Assembly: GCA_030704615.1 (NCBI GenBank)
Contig: CM060733.1
Location: forward strand, 57,536,001-57,600,000
DNA length: 64,000 nt
Source of the DNA: Takakia lepidozioides
Lineage: Eukaryota; Plantae; Bryophyta
Reading direction: 5' to 3'
The translations under genes and the position numbers were made by a program. A model generated the notes under the pieces. That model saw only the letters and a program-made list of their open reading frames with translations, was not told where the DNA came from and did not search any database. This document shows positions 46,271-60,424 of this stretch, piece by piece (position 1 is the stretch's first letter; each line of letters starts with the position of its first letter).

Positions 46271-47689
46271 TTTCCTCAGACCCTCAAGCTCTTGACTGTA
46301 ACTCAGGGTCATGTGAAATGCTGTTTGTAGTTCTGGTGCAAGCCCTGCTCGGAACTGCACGTACTGCAGCATTTTTGGCTGGACCATTCACAGTTGTGGC
46401 TCAGATGTAGGTTGTTTGATGGATTGACAGTTGGACCTGCTCGCCTGTTGCTTGTAGGTATACCAAGTCTATTGCACGTCTGATTTGGCACTAATAATCT
46501 GAAATTAGTTTCTCATAGTGTGCTGTTCGAAGTTAAATGTCATTTGATCGATTGTTCTTGGTCGGAGAAAAGCCCTGACCTCCAATAACTACAGCGAATC
46601 TGTTTCCTTCATTGCGTGATGTGTAGATTGGGTTAAGAAAACAATCTTCTTTACATCGTTTGTTTTCCGAAAGAGCATCTTCGCATCCGCGTTACTTCTG
46701 ATCTTCTTCGCCCACTCTCGGAGTTTTCAGCGACTACAAAGTTTCCCGTGTTTGGTTAACAGTCACAGTTTGTGACGGCTAGCTTGTGAAACTCCCCTTG
46801 AGCTTGGGCACCGCTAATCAGACACAAAAGCTCCAGCCCCAGCATGCAGAAAGAAGGCTTCGTAGGCCAGCTTCCACACTCCATTGACGTTATTGTTGAG
46901 GATGATTTGGTAGCTGATGTGTGCAAGCCAGGGGTTTGACAAGCTGTTTGATCTTGTGCTCTCTCCCAAAGCGGTCGTCTCTGCCAAATACTTCACCGCC
47001 TGGCACAAGAGCAGCTTGCACGGTGAACACAGCTGGATGCTTCGTCCACATTGCCAGCTGGAGGAAGGAGAGGACATGCCTCCATGGTTCTGGGCATCAG
47101 AAGAGAGAGAGACGAAGCTCCTTGTCATGTATGAAAAACACATTGTAACCACAATGTCATCAGTGTGGATGAAATGAGGCCTTGCGTGGCCTATAGAAAT
47201 AAATCTGACTGCCCGACAAGACCTTGGTGCATCCAAAGAGAGCCCAATCAATTCGGGAACGTCCTGTTCAGATCAATTCCGCCAACCAACACCTCAATTG
47301 CTGTGTACATAGTGCTCCTCTCCCCAATGCTCAAGATATCCTGGAATTCTATCGCTTAACATTGTATGCCTGCCTTGCTAGATTGGCCCGCTCTGAACCA
47401 AGGTCTGGTACTCTATGACATTGCAAGGAAGTTCTACAAAGGATGTTAAATCACGTGATGTCTTGGTCGAGATAGAATTCAGATGTACAAGCTTGTTAAA
47501 CTACTCCAATCCGTGGTTAACTGCATGCTTATTTGCCCTTGAATCGCTACAGAAATCACCCTAACGGCTCTTTGGACTTGTTCCCTGATAGATTCTATAC
47601 TGATTTACATGATTGGACTTGGTCTGAGAGGAAGTTAGAGTGATTGATTCGTCAAGTGTTTCCTGGTTGATTTTTCAGAAGGCGGAAAT

Positions 47690-48577
47690 TGGCGAAAAAG
47701 ATCAAGAGTAACTGGGTTGTGAAGATGCTCTTTCGCAAAACAAACGACAAAGAAAATTGGTTCTCTTAACCCGAGTTACACATTACACACCATGCAATGA
47801 AGGAAACAGATAAAACCCCAGTTCGCTGTACGTATTGGATGTCAGGCATTGTCAGGGATTCTCTCCGACCAGGGAAAGACCCATCACAGGACATTTAACT
47901 TGGGACAGCACACTATGAGAAGCTGATTTCAGATTATTAGTGCCAAATAAGACGTGAAAGAGACTCAGTATACCTCCAAGCAACCGGCGAGTAGGTCCAA
48001 CTATCAATCCATCCAACAACCCACATCTGAGCCACATCTGTGAATACGTGCAGTTTCGAGCAGGACTTGCACCAGAACTACAGACAGCATTTCACATGAC
48101 CCTGAGTTACAGTCAAGAGCTTGAGGGTCTGAGGAAATCAAAGGTGAAGATTGTTAAGCTGAAAGACATTCATGGGGGAGACCGCGGAGGGGGGGAGACC
48201 CTCCAACAGTAATTTCCCCAAAATCACAGTGGGATGGTAAGGGTCCCAGAAAATTGTATGCAAGGGAATATACTGTTATCCACTGAGGATTCCATGGTAC
48301 TACCAATTCTGCCTAACTAAAGCATCCCCTCTCATAGGATCTCTATTTCAAAAGGACACACCCTCCTAAAAATTCTCTTGCACATGCAGTCAGTTATCTC
48401 TAGGTCTACTCATGAATAGGAACACCAAAGCTTATAAGCATTTAAACTGCGACCATAGGTATGAGAATGAGCACCAAGGCTTATTAGCACTACTATATGA
48501 ACATAGGAAACTAAAATTTCAAGCTTACGCCACGTGTTTAGAAATGCCAAATGAGTACATCTAGACAAAGTAGATCA
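47690..48577 (-). repeat. Inverted duplicate of GDSL intron 4, exon 5 and 3' flank (~45705-46712)
   Basis: Reverse-complement matches, e.g. 46280-46350 vs 48060-48140 and 45706-45745 vs 48538-48577. The exon-5 copy has deletions. Confidence 0.9.
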
Positions 48578-49662
48578 AGAAGAAGCAAGCTTTATGTTGA
48601 CCAAGCTTTATGTTACATCATTCCAGGACTAGAGACTACAGCAGTGCTCACATACACTTGAATATAATGTTTTTGACTCTCTTCGTCATTGTCCGACATT
48701 CATTACACCAAAGCCAGCAAACCCTAAGGTTGCAGTCAAGCAAGGATAGACACCATTCTTACAAACCGAAAAGGAGATCTCATGTACATCTGTGCTCTTG
48801 AATTTTCTAGTGCATTGTTCCTCATCCCCCACCCCAATTAAGAAAAGAACGACCCAACTCTCTTCCAATAGTCCAACAAACGGTAACCCGTAATTTTAGA
48901 ACCATCCCACAAATACTGCAAGCACTTGACCCAACGTATAATTGCAGAAGACTAATAAGCAACTCAGGTGGCTCAAGGATTGAACTCCTGGCTAAGAAAC
49001 ATAGCTAAGAAAAATGAACTAAAAAGAATGCACAAGAAGGAACAGGGAAGGAGCACCCCTCAATATTCGACCACCTTCTAGAATCCTGAGCATGGGATCT
49101 CTTAACCCCTAAGGGACGAAGCGACCCAAACTGGGTCGGTTAGGTTTAGAAAAGTGTCTGGTTATCACTGGGGTTAAGCCTGATTTGTGCTTGTTTAGGT
49201 TCATTGGATAGGTAATTGCGTCAGCTAAGAGGTGGCATTTCCCAATTCGTCGTTGGGCCTGGCCCCAGCCACGTGGAACACCTACAGTCTGCCACACTCG
49301 TGGTTTTCAGCCCCATTTTGGGCAGCTACTGCCCTCCATCCTACGTGTCAACTAGGGTCAGGTTAGGGAGAAATTCCATGCACCCCCCCCCCCCGCGAAG
49401 GGTGGCGCGTCTCCCAACACCCTTTATTGCGCCCCCTCCACCCTAAAGCGCCCCCATTGGCAGGCAAAGGCAAAGGCACCCCCCAAAAACCCACATACCT
49501 TAGGGATACCGGCCAAAAAGTATAAGCAAACATAGGTGCAGCACATGGAGAAGTCATGGGCAGTGGGCAAAAATCATATGAAGGGAAGCTCTGATTGGCG
49601 CGAAAGTTTTTTGGTGCTTACACAAACCTGCCCACTACAGTACAACCGGAGCGACACCAGCA

Positions 49663-49730
49663 TGTAGCCCAGTGGTAATGGGCACATACCACGTCGGATG
49701 TGGTTGTGGGTTCAAACCACGGTCTGGTGT
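49663..49730 (+). mobile_element. tRNA-like SINE head (second copy at ~56612-56680)
   Basis: TGTAGCC(C/G)AGTGGTAATGG..CACATACCAC..GGTTGT(G/A)GGTTCAA(A/T)CCACGG occurs at both loci and contains A-box and B-box motifs. Confidence 0.6.
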
Positions 49731-50239
49731 GTCATGAAGGAGTCCACCTTTCAGCTCGAAGGCAGTAGCCCTTGCGGTGAAGTGACACCATAAGTTACGC
49801 ACCCTTGGGGGAGCGTCATACTTTCTTTTTTACAACCGTAGCAATTGACAATTCAACAGTTCAGATCTTTTCACCGAATTTTCTATTACGGTTTTGTGCT
49901 TGCCCCTTTGAATTGGGAAATTTGACCCCCCAAATTGGCCATACAAAGCAGCCCACATGAGAACATGTCAAAAAAAGCTGAAATTTTCAGGGCAGGTGTC
50001 TTACCTGGCAGGGTACAAGATTCTGGTTTGTGTCATGTAAAAAAAATTCACAACTGGGAAATTCGATAAGAAAAGCTGTGTTTTTATCCCATTGTAAATA
50101 GGCAATTTGTCTTTGGCCCAACTTTCAACATTATAATCTTGCAATCCGGCAGTTCGATTTGGACCAGATTTTCTGTGGTCATAGCTGGGGTAGGTAGGAA
50201 CATATTACAGCGGCCAGTTTTACAAGGCCTAAGGAAATC

Positions 50240-53200
50240 GCCTCTCATTTTACAATATTAGCGTTGTTATGGCGCACGCGCGAGCTGAGCAGTGGGCCCC
50301 ACGCACGGACGCCCGGCTCCCCCACCCGCCCCGCCCCTCCGCGCGGTCGCCCAACCGTGCCCGCTCACCCCGCGGCTGCAGCAGCCGCGCCCCAGTCCGC
50401 CGCGGCTGGTCCGCTGAGCCAGTCCTCTCACATCCACTCTACCAGTCTACCCGCCAGTCCTCTTCCCTCTAGTCTGCCCGACCGCCAGTCTGCCGGCCAG
50501 TACGCTGGTGGCCAGTCCGCTGCGCCAGTCCCCCAACTTCCAGTTCGCTGACAAGGCCGGATCTAAACCTTATCCCTATCGCCTGGCACTTGCCAGCAGC
50601 CGCGAACGTGCGCATTGTTGCTCCTTGCACGTTGTCGATCGTGTCAGGGTACTGCGACGCGTTTCTTGCAGGTTTTGAAGCGTGTCCTCTGTACTGTACA
50701 GGGCATGGACGTGCAAGCAGAAGGCCATGACATACTGGAAACGGAAAGCCCGCTAATAGGGCCTCTTTGACAATGTTTGCAAACATCAGAACCAAGACCC
50801 TTCAACAGGAAGGACCTCCATTGGAAGAATGACACGCAATATGGGTATGTGGGTGTGCGAGTGAATGTTCAGAAGGCCTGCATACCTTGGGATAGAGTTG
50901 ATGACTTTATCCTTGGAGAGGAGAGTTTGGTAGACTACCCCACTCAGTTTTGGGTTAGTGTCCATACTAAAGTGGAACCCGGCATGCGAAAAGAGCCCAA
51001 AGGCAACACATTCCTGAACAGTATCATATGTGCATCATCCTCACAGTCTTTTGTACAAGCATTGCATGTGTGTTGCCATTTTTGTTTCCCACCTACTGTG
51101 ATTTCATGCTTGCAGAAGTGGATGGATACCGATTTTGAATTTTATGTCCAGATATCAATGCTGCTACGGTCTGGATGACAAGCGCACCAACAATGCAATA
51201 GTGGAGGATCCAAAAGTGAAGCGAGGAGGACCTCTTGTGGGTGCTGGAACACCTCACCCTCATAAAGGCCCAAGGAGAAAGAAGTCGGAGTATGGAGAGT
51301 CTTACAAGCATGGTTGCCAATGTTGTTTCAAGGTCCAGCAAAACCTCGCCCTCGACATATGTGTCCTCACGTACTACAACAACATGGAGCATACAGACGC
51401 CAAAGTGAAAGCCTCGCATGGGAAGTCGGCTGAGTTCAGAAACACCCGCCACGCCTATGCACCACACATTAGTGAGGAATTGAAAGCCTAGGTCGTCGAA
51501 TATTTGTGCCGAGGCATGTCTGTCGCCCAAATCATGATGGAACATAAAGAGCACGTCATGAACAACACCGGGCTAGGAGATGCATGGACATGGGATGATT
51601 TCATGTTGGAGCAAGATGTCCGCAACCTAGCCGAGAAGCGGGCGTGGTTAACCTTCAAAAAGCACGCCCGATGATGCCAAGAATGTGCGCATGTGGAAAG
51701 ACTAGAATCCGAAGTCCGTCTTCTTCTATCAAGAAGAAACTTTGGCGCCAACATACAAGCATTTTGATGGTGATTTGACCTTCACAATTGGCATTCAGAC
51801 TCCTTGGCAGAAACGACGAATGCTAGAATTAGGACATGCCCGCATCGTTGCATGCGATGCAACCTTTGGGACAAGTCATGACAATGTACTATTCATTCGA
51901 TTCCATGGATTTGTGGTAGCATAGTATCATGCAACATTGGCGTAGAAATTTGTGTGTGCCATCGCTGATCCTCTCTGTATGTTTTCATGTGTACTCCGCG
52001 AAAGATTGAGTTTTGTCGTGCACAACTTGCCAGACTTTTCATGCTCTGACCACCTGTCATTGAACAGTTCTCATTGTACACGTTGATGGTGTTTGACGAG
52101 TGGCTAAACGGTATACCAGTTGCCTATATCATATCCGCGAGGAATCGGACCACTGACCTGGTGCCGTGGATGATAGCCTTGCGCAATTCACTCCTCGAAG
52201 CTATGCCTAACTGGCGACCCAATGCCTTCATTGTGGACGATGCCGAGACAGAAATTAACGCAATTTGGTAAGTCTGATGTCCCACAACACCGGTCCATTG
52301 TTGAAGTCCACAATGCCTGTCCATTGCTATAGACCAATCTGCTGGCAGTCCAGTGGCAGGCTGTTGGAGCATCCTGACGCGGAAGTCCACTAGGAAGTCC
52401 TCCTGGTAATGGGAAGTGGGTCAACCGTCCTTGTAGTGGATGTGCATTGGAGTGCATTGTATTGTCCACTGGCCACACACTGGGTCAGTCCACTGGACAG
52501 TGCAGAACGTTAGTCCACTGCTGCAGTCCGCAGATACAGTCCGCCGGGGAAGTACACTGGACAGAGGTCCTTGTTACTCCTCATGCTTAGCGTCATGTGA
52601 AGGTCATTGCATGGTATTATTCAGTAGGGCACTCCATTCTGTCTGTCTGCTGGTCCAGTCCGTTGGCACAGTCCACTCATACTCGCCGCTGCCGGTACAG
52701 TCCGCTGTTACAGTCCATTGGTGCAGTCCCCTCTCAAGAGTCTAATGTGCACATGTGGGCAGTTGCAGGATTGGGTGGATCAAAAGCGGCACATGTTGAG
52801 TCCACTGGAAATCCATGGATTTTTTTCTTTTGTTGAGTCTATTGCTTTCAGTTTATTTTTTACAGATAGATAATAGTATACATAACATTTTTAGTAAAGA
52901 GTCCCTCCTCAAATATTGAAAACATTCTTTACTATATATTTTAATCTTTAATTTGAAAAAACATTTAGACTTCAAAATCTAGAGTTTACAACCACTTGTC
53001 CATATACCACCTGGCACCTCTAGATTATAGGTTTGTATATCTTTTTAGTAAAAGACAACACCTCAAAAACCCAAAACATAAGATGATATGGACTAGAGCA
53101 AATCAACATGTTTTTATGTGCAAAATAGTCCATAGCTCTCAATTCCTAAGATAACTAGTCCATATAAAAGTGGGTTTGGGTTGGATTTAAAAATGGCACC

Positions 53201-54132
53201 CCTGGTGTATTTTCCTTTGTGCCAGTGTATGAGTGTACATGATGTTTTTTTCAGTCAATAAGATTTTATGTGTAACATCTGCATCCACAGTAATCAACTT
53301 TAAAAGTCCATGGCTCTATGGTACATGATTGTTTTTGCAATCTAACAATTGGTACACATACCTATTGTAGTTAGAAACCGTATACCATATAAATTTAGAT
53401 GAAATGTTGAGTTGTTGGACAAATATGGGTAAAACCATGGAGGGAGGTCACTGCAGAAATTGCAATAACTGAGACACCCAATCCTGCAAATACCCATGTG
53501 TGTTGTGCATAATTGTTTTTGACGAAGTACTCATATTCTTGTGCCTTTGGCATATCCGCAAGGCTTGGGCAAAGCAATCATGCAAGAAAACAAAGGATCA
53601 TACCACCGTTGCAAACTTGTTGAAGGATATGGGAGATCTCATGTACTTTAGAGGTAGACCACGTCACCCAAAAAGAGCGCTTCGGTGGGTTGCAAGGAGA
53701 ATCCGTCGTATGAGGATGAAATACCCGAAAGGGCATAATTTCCTTCAGTATATCGACCAGTACTGGGCTCCCAAAATAGCAATGTGATGTACTGCAGCGC
53801 GCCATGTTCCTCAAGACACAAATGCCAGCATTGAGGCATATCATGGAAATCTGAAGGCGAGACTTGCCATGGGGAAAAGCAAAATGACTGGTCCTAGAGT
53901 GGACTGGCTTACATGGGAATTGATTGGTCGTGTGCTAACATACTACTGACCAATACACAATCCATTTGAAGACGCACGGGTTCATACGAAATGACAAACA
54001 GGAAAAGTATATATCCAGTTTTGTGTTTGCGGCACGCAACATTCCAGCATGCAATGTTACTCTTCCACTGAGTCCTAGATAGCCAGCCTATGTGACCAGC
54101 ACCAATCACCCAGGCACAACATACATTGTTTA
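50240..54132 (+). mobile_element. Second MULE family: intron-containing transposase pseudogene
   Basis: IVACDATFGT (D), YTLMVFDEWLNGIPVAYII, FIVDDAETEINAI (D), FLCLWHIRKAW (CxxH), DTNASIEAYHGNLK (E at ~53815-53856), with multiple stops. Confidence 0.85.
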
Positions 54133-54450
54133 CACTACAAGAGATGAGCGTTTTTAGGACTACGGCTTTGGCGGAGTCATAAAAACTGCACTAGGTAGAT
54201 GACTACAGAGCGCTGAAATGCATTGCAGTCATAGTTTTATGACTTTGTAGTAATCGATATCACTACATGACTCCGGATGGTTAGGGAGCATTGGTCAAAC
54301 ATTGTTGACCATGATGACATGGATGGTTTATATTACTAGTGTGATATGTTTGACTACACGTGGATGACGTTTCATGGAATCTTATGACTCCATGACTGAA
54401 GATGGTTTCACAGCTCTATTTATAAGACTACATCACTACACGTATCATTT
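54133..54450 (+). mobile_element. CACTA element terminus truncating the MULE
   Basis: Canonical CACTACAAGA at 54133, followed by repeated TGACT(A/C)C motifs. The other end was not identified. Confidence 0.55.
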
Positions 54451-54599
54451 TGAAGGCACATATAATGCAAATAAGGTTGCCCATTAGGTTTAAAAAAGTT
54501 AAAAAGTTGTTAATGAGGTTGCTCATTAGGGTAATCGTGAACAAAAAGGGACTTGGCGTTTTTTTGTCTCCTGCGCCACACCACATAGCCGAGGGATAG

Positions 54600-55470
54600 A
54601 ACGCGATGATAGCAGGATATGCAGGGGTGTGGGATGGAGTGGGATGGAGGCGTTGAGCAAATGATGCACGAAGGAGAAGAGGAGGAGGAGACGAGACGAG
54701 GAGAAGCGAGCTCGCCGTTCTTGGGAGAGTCAGCTTGGTCTTAGCATGCGTGTTTCAATCTCTGACTACTCAGCTACGCTGTAGTGGTTCGATCTCTTAG
54801 ACCAATCCGACATTACCTGACTACAGACACAAGCAGCACACACAAGAGGTCCTTTTAGGTTGATGGTCGGTCAAATCCTCCATGGGTCAGGACAGGTCAA
54901 GGACAATGTGGTAGGGCACTTTCTTCTTCAACCTATTTCAGCCTGTGTTACCCTCTCATCAGACTCCGCCGCAAGATGCATATTGAATTTTATAAGTTAG
55001 GTCGTTGGGTAGATCTGTGGTGGTTTGGAGTGACTTTGGCAAGTTACTGCCAGTGTGGCAGCAAGGAAGTATCCAAAAACATATAATAGAGGTGAGGAGA
55101 AGCTTTGGGGTGAACACTTTCCGACCCCAGTCAATGGTGGGACAATGGAGACAAAAAGGCGAATGTCGGTTGGACTATAGAGAGAAGCAGATGCATTTCA
55201 GAGTGTGATAAGTAGGGTTGGTGTGTTTTGGGGAAGAACTCCACACCAGTATGGTTGGGGTGTTTGCTGGTAGAATTCTAGGCTGTCAGAGGCATGGATA
55301 GCTGAAGGAGCAGGGATGGAGTGTGGGTCCAGATTCATCCGAGAGGGCTGGATTTCAAGCTCCACATTACCTATGATTCCCTGTGGAAGGATAGCTACAA
55401 GAAACCTAGGTAGATGGTCAATTGGAAGCGGCAGCAGCAGCGGCACAATTGATAAGGTCAGGCACTTCTA
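54600..55470 (+). pseudogene. Fragments paralogous to the PPR-DYW locus (P-motif piece and 5' region)
   Basis: 54602-54675 resembles 25492-25570. 55320-55470 resembles 24376-24525 (GTGTGGGT.CAGAT.CATCCGAGAGG..GATTTCAAGC..AGCTACAAGAAACCT). Confidence 0.7.
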
Positions 55471-55789
55471 CTGAAGGCACCTCCTTCAGCACATTTCACC
55501 CTGTTTTTCCCTCTTATCCGTTTCTTGCGAACTATCTTCTCTTATTTGTTTGTCTGCCCAGTCTTCAGTGAATGCGTCAAGGCTTTGTGTTTTGTCCATG
55601 TCACTCTTCACTCACTTTGATTTTTTTTTAAAACTTTAATTTTTAATGAAAGTAAAGGTGCAAGGAAAAAGTAACCTTGCAGTGGTGCCATGGAGGCCAA
55701 CAAAGGAGACACCGCCCTGCGACTGAATTTTCAACTGCAAGGCTCCGGTTGATTGAACAACATGATACAGTTTTAATCTGCTTTTAAAA

Positions 55790-56015
55790 TAAAATAAATA
55801 AATAAATAAAAACACCTGGGAGCAACAACTCACAAATCAGGCCCCTTAATAGTGAGAGGAAAAAATAACCTCTTTCAGGCTGGTCGAGGTTATTTTTCCT
55901 CGTATCCCTTTAATTTGAGTAACCGGGCCTTTGCCCCCTTTATTTATTTATTAAATAAAATAAATAAATAAAACCCACGCAATGGAGGCGTATAAGTGAG
56001 ACACCGCCCAGGAAA
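55790..56015. mobile_element. SINE copy (minus strand) interrupted by an opposite-orientation retroposed 3' tail
   Basis: 55814-55877 and 55972-56013 match 40787-40850 and 40858-40896. Between them lies GAGGTTATTTTTCCTC..(AAAT)n on the plus strand. Confidence 0.6.
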
Positions 56016-56974
56016 GAGGGAGAAGAGAATACCACCAAACTTCCATCATGAAGTAAATGTTTTTGAGACACTGCAGATGTTAAGTTTAGAGAAAAAGAGA
56101 AGATGACACTTTATTTTTTATTTTATTTTAAATGATCAACCTGCACTATCTAGTAGAATTTCTGTATATTTACATCTTGTATTCTGATAGTTGAAAAGCT
56201 GTTTTGTACTCTGGAATGATCATTGAGGAATTGTTCCTGTGTTGCGTGGATATTCGATTCAGCCTCAAACCCCCAGCGGATCCCAACCAATGTTGTGCGG
56301 GTCCGGGTTTTGAAGGCGGGTACCTGGCGGGTTAGGATCCAGGTTACCCGGACCCACACCCGGACCCGGGCTATCACAAAAAAACCCAGACCCTGACCCG
56401 GGTTCATTTCTAAAATGAACCGCGGACCGGACCCGCCTGCTGGGTCCAGAACCCGTTAAACCCGCTACCCGCGGGCCAATGTAGCGGGTCGGGTCCAGTT
56501 CTTAATTTTAGATGGGGCATGCAGGGGTCCACCTTAGATCTGGTAGGTTTTGTCATATGTGTGGAGGGGATGAGCAGCAATAGGCCAGTGCAGCAGCCAG
56601 CCCAACCACATTGTAGCCGAGTGGTAATGGCCACATACCACCTCAAAAGCGGTTGTAGGTTCAATCCACGGCGTGGTGTCACAAAGTTGTGCCCTATGGG
56701 ACCATAATTTACACCTCCCAAAGGAGGCGTCTTATATTATTACTAGGCCAGATCCCACACATCCATGCTATAGTGATCTATCCTTGAGGCATATTATTAT
56801 TCTTAATATGTTTAAAGAATTGATATTGAAAAATAGAAAATGGAACTCAAACTTTAATTCTTGTGTTAAATGAGCAATACATATTCGTGGTATATTTTGA
56901 AGGAATGTCTCTTAAAATAAAATTCATTATTAGGATTTAAGTTTTTTCCAGCCAAAAATAATTTTATCCTTAAT

Positions 56975-57800
56975 TCACTCCACGACACCAAATCTCGTTC
57001 AGCTATACTGTCAAACACTCCCTCTGCATCCTCGATGCACCCACATTTTGCATACATATCCACAAGGGTATTGTTCAGAATCACATGGTACAATTCATGC
57101 TTTTGCGATGCAACCATGCACCTCTTTGCCCTTTTTCCAGGGCTACCAGGCTTGCAAACGCACAGACGTGATGTGGTCGGGCTTCACCCCTTCCACCATC
57201 ATTTACTCATAGGTCTCCAAAGCCTCCATCCCACGCCCCTGTTGTGCATAAGCATGGTGTTCCGCGGCACCACAATTCATTCAGCCACATTGTTGAACAT
57301 TGTTATCTGTTTTTGGATACTTTCCTGCTACCACATCGGCAGTTACTTGATCATTCCACCCAGACAATCTTCTCAGCTCAGCATGGATTTCCTTAATTCT
57401 GGGATGCAACTTGTCATCTACAACGAAGGTGTGCACCCTGTTGCCAACCTCAATGCAGCAGCGACCTGGCTCCTGGCTCCTTTATAACCCCTCTGACCGT
57501 GATCATTCTTCTCACATTTGCAGTATCATCCCACCTGCCAGCTGCGGCATAGATGTTTGATAGCAACACATAAGTCGCGCCATCCTGTTCATCCCACTTG
57601 AGGATAGATGTTGCCACACGTTCAACCATCTCCACATTGCCATGGCTTCTGCAGGCACCAAGCAAGGCCTTCCACACCACAACATCTGGGTTTCAGTAGG
57701 CCAGTGTGGCTGCATGCAGAGAGAACACATATAAAGGTAATATTGTCCGACTTTGAGCCTTTCTTTTGCATTCCTTCAAATAGTTGCAAGACCTTGACAA
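56975..57800 (-). pseudogene. Scrambled PPR-E/DYW pseudogene
   Basis: ILNNTLVDMYAKCGCIEDAEGVFDSIAERDLVSWS; VWKALLGACRSHGNVE..YVLLSNIYAAAGRW..KEPG; ITFICVLSACSH. The segments are out of order and frameshifted. Confidence 0.85.
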
Positions 57801-57859
57801 CCATAATGCCAAAGTTGCATGTGGGCCCAAATTTCTCAGCTGCCGGGGAAAAATGTTTT

Positions 57860-58930
57860 GTTCCTACTTCCTCCATTATAAAGCACTATCAACAACACAT
57901 GAATGGTCGATACTACGTGTTCAGACACATGATTACAAGTGGTGGCACCGCTTATATTTTCATAACATTGACGCCATCACTAGTCAATTCTTATTTGTCA
58001 TATGTGGTTTTTGTGAAAGACAGGGGCAGGAAGTCGCGGTCTCACATGCTCTTTAACATTGAAGTGGTCTGCTCCCCCTCCAGGACTACAAGCAGCGCTA
58101 AACATATTGACACACTTGTTATCAAACCACGACAGTGCCACCAATTTGGTATATATGTGCACCATGCGGTACTGCATGTTGCATTTCGCTCCTTTTTTTT
58201 CCAAATGAAGACATGAATGAAATCCAACCCGATTTGTCTTCACAATACCAGTGGCATAGATATCTTTCCTAGCCAAGTCATAGAAAAGAATAGGACTAGC
58301 TAAGAAATTGTCCATATATAGTGACTATGTGCAATTTCCTCTCAATGCCTGCCAACAATGTGGCAACAATGGGCTTACAACATATAACCCTTGCCCATGT
58401 GTCAAATCAATTGTATTATCACGGCCAAAGTGTAACACCTCCATTTTGTGAGCATATTTGCTGCTGCACCGGCCAAACATGAAATCTTTATATGCCATTC
58501 GCAAGTTTTTTGCTCATTTATTGCTGCAAATTAGAGTAATTAATTACCTTTATACTTCACCATTCTCATCAATTGCTCTGCGAGAAGCCAGCACACAAAG
58601 CATTTTGCTGGTCTATCAATCAGTGAGTCTTTACAATTTATCATAAGTAGGGGCTGACTTATCCATGCCTCCATAGAGCGATTATCCATTAGGCGCAAAC
58701 ACCTCAAAATTGCATCCTATCTATTGTGACGCATGATGCGCATTATGGAACAACACTTGAAGAATTCATTGTTACCTTTCCAGTAGCATCTTGTGTTGGG
58801 CATTTTCTTAATTCCTATAGAAATATGAACTCCCAACTACAGACCTGCATTATAGATAATGGCCAAAATATATTGAAAATTTTGACATTAATATCATTCA
58901 AAGGAACGTATGGACCAGGCTTAACCCCAC
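57860..58930 (-). mobile_element. piggyBac-like (DDE_Tnp_1_7) transposase remnant
   Basis: MDNFLASPILFYDL..IYATGIVKTNR and LSWFDNKCVNMFS match the piggyBac DNxF..S / GTxRxNR / WxDxKxV motifs. Boundaries are approximate. Confidence 0.7.
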
Positions 58931-60424
58931 TCCACATTACCTCTAGCAACTCTGTGGACTACACAAAAATTCCTACACGTTTGGATCAGAAATTGTATCT
59001 AGAGTACCTCGAGCTTTCTCTACCGGATCACAATCGGAATCAGAGTTAGTTAGACTCACTGACAGATTCACCAATATCAATGTCCAAACCAACATAACAC
59101 TTACTGTTACTAGCTTGGACTCATGAAGGTCAACAACAAGTCAAACATCAAAGGGGACAGTATGCACCCCAAGCCTACTAGCAAATAATGAGACAACATA
59201 TATACTAGGTATGAGTAGCATTGAAATGTCCCAAGATTTGTCTATGACAGTACCATATTCAAATTGTTGCACATTGGAAGAGGAAGTCGTGTTGAGTAGG
59301 TGCAAGTGGTGCAGTGCTACCTTTTGTGCATCCCAACATCCCTAAATCCTCCCACGACTGATTATGATCTGCCACATCTCTATGAACTCAATGTGAGCTA
59401 TGGAGAAAACATACACGACTTAATTTGTGTCAATTTTATTTGAAGCTGCAATGTCATCAATGAAAGCATGCAAGCTAAGAATCATTCTTTACCTTTCGAC
59501 CTTGCTTCCATGCCTTTTTATTCTCATCGTGGCTGGCAAATGACGACTCAAAATTAAACCCCACACATATCGCCTCAAACAATCGTTTACCTCTTGAAAA
59601 AAACCATGTGGATCTCCCTTCTCTTTGCAATCAACCCAATCAAAAATGTACACAACCACTGGAAAATGGCAGGTTAAGGAAAGGTAGGCCATTTCATCTG
59701 CTTAGGCCGGCCTCTTCAAGCACCTTAGGTAATGACCTTTAAGTACATTACATCTTGAGTCCATTGATGGATGAATGTAGTTATTATGTTATTATTAAAT
59801 AAATTACAATGGTCCTTTTTTTTCTATTTTTGTCTTCTTGATTACATATTCAAATTCAGAAAATTCTAATAAGGAATATAAACAAGCCTCAAACAGCAAT
59901 GGGCTCTCTTGCTTTGGCAAAACATAATGCAGGCATGACTCTGTACAACACATCCATGGGAGCCTTGAGAGAGTCTAATGTCCTTTTGACCACATTTTCA
60001 CCATTGACTTCAACATGATGCTCTCTTCTACAAACTTAGAGCCTAGCCAAAAAATAATTAAGCAAACAACTAGACACGTATGGTTCTTTTCATTTTAGAA
60101 AACTGGCCCTAGGAGGCTGAATATGGCTCCTCTTTATGCATAGTGAAATCTACTTTCATCCATAATAAACCTGAAAATTCATCATTTATTTTTCATAAAT
60201 TATTATTAAGTAAGATGTACTAATATGAGCCTAGGAATTACCTTGAGAAGCACACGAGGAACTAGGTCCCAGCAAATGAGAGGAGGTAACGCCTGGGGAA
60301 GGCACAACAGGGCTTAGCGATTTTTGACACTGATGCATAGGTAGTCTCTTCTTCAGAATAAAGAGGAGCCAACAATAAATACATTTGAAGAAAAAATCTT
60401 TCAGATGACCAGCTTGTAACCAAA

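Noticed and set aside
46790-47600. Gene in the spacer of the GDSL inverted repeat
   Set aside because: Short ORFs on both strands with no recognisable domain.
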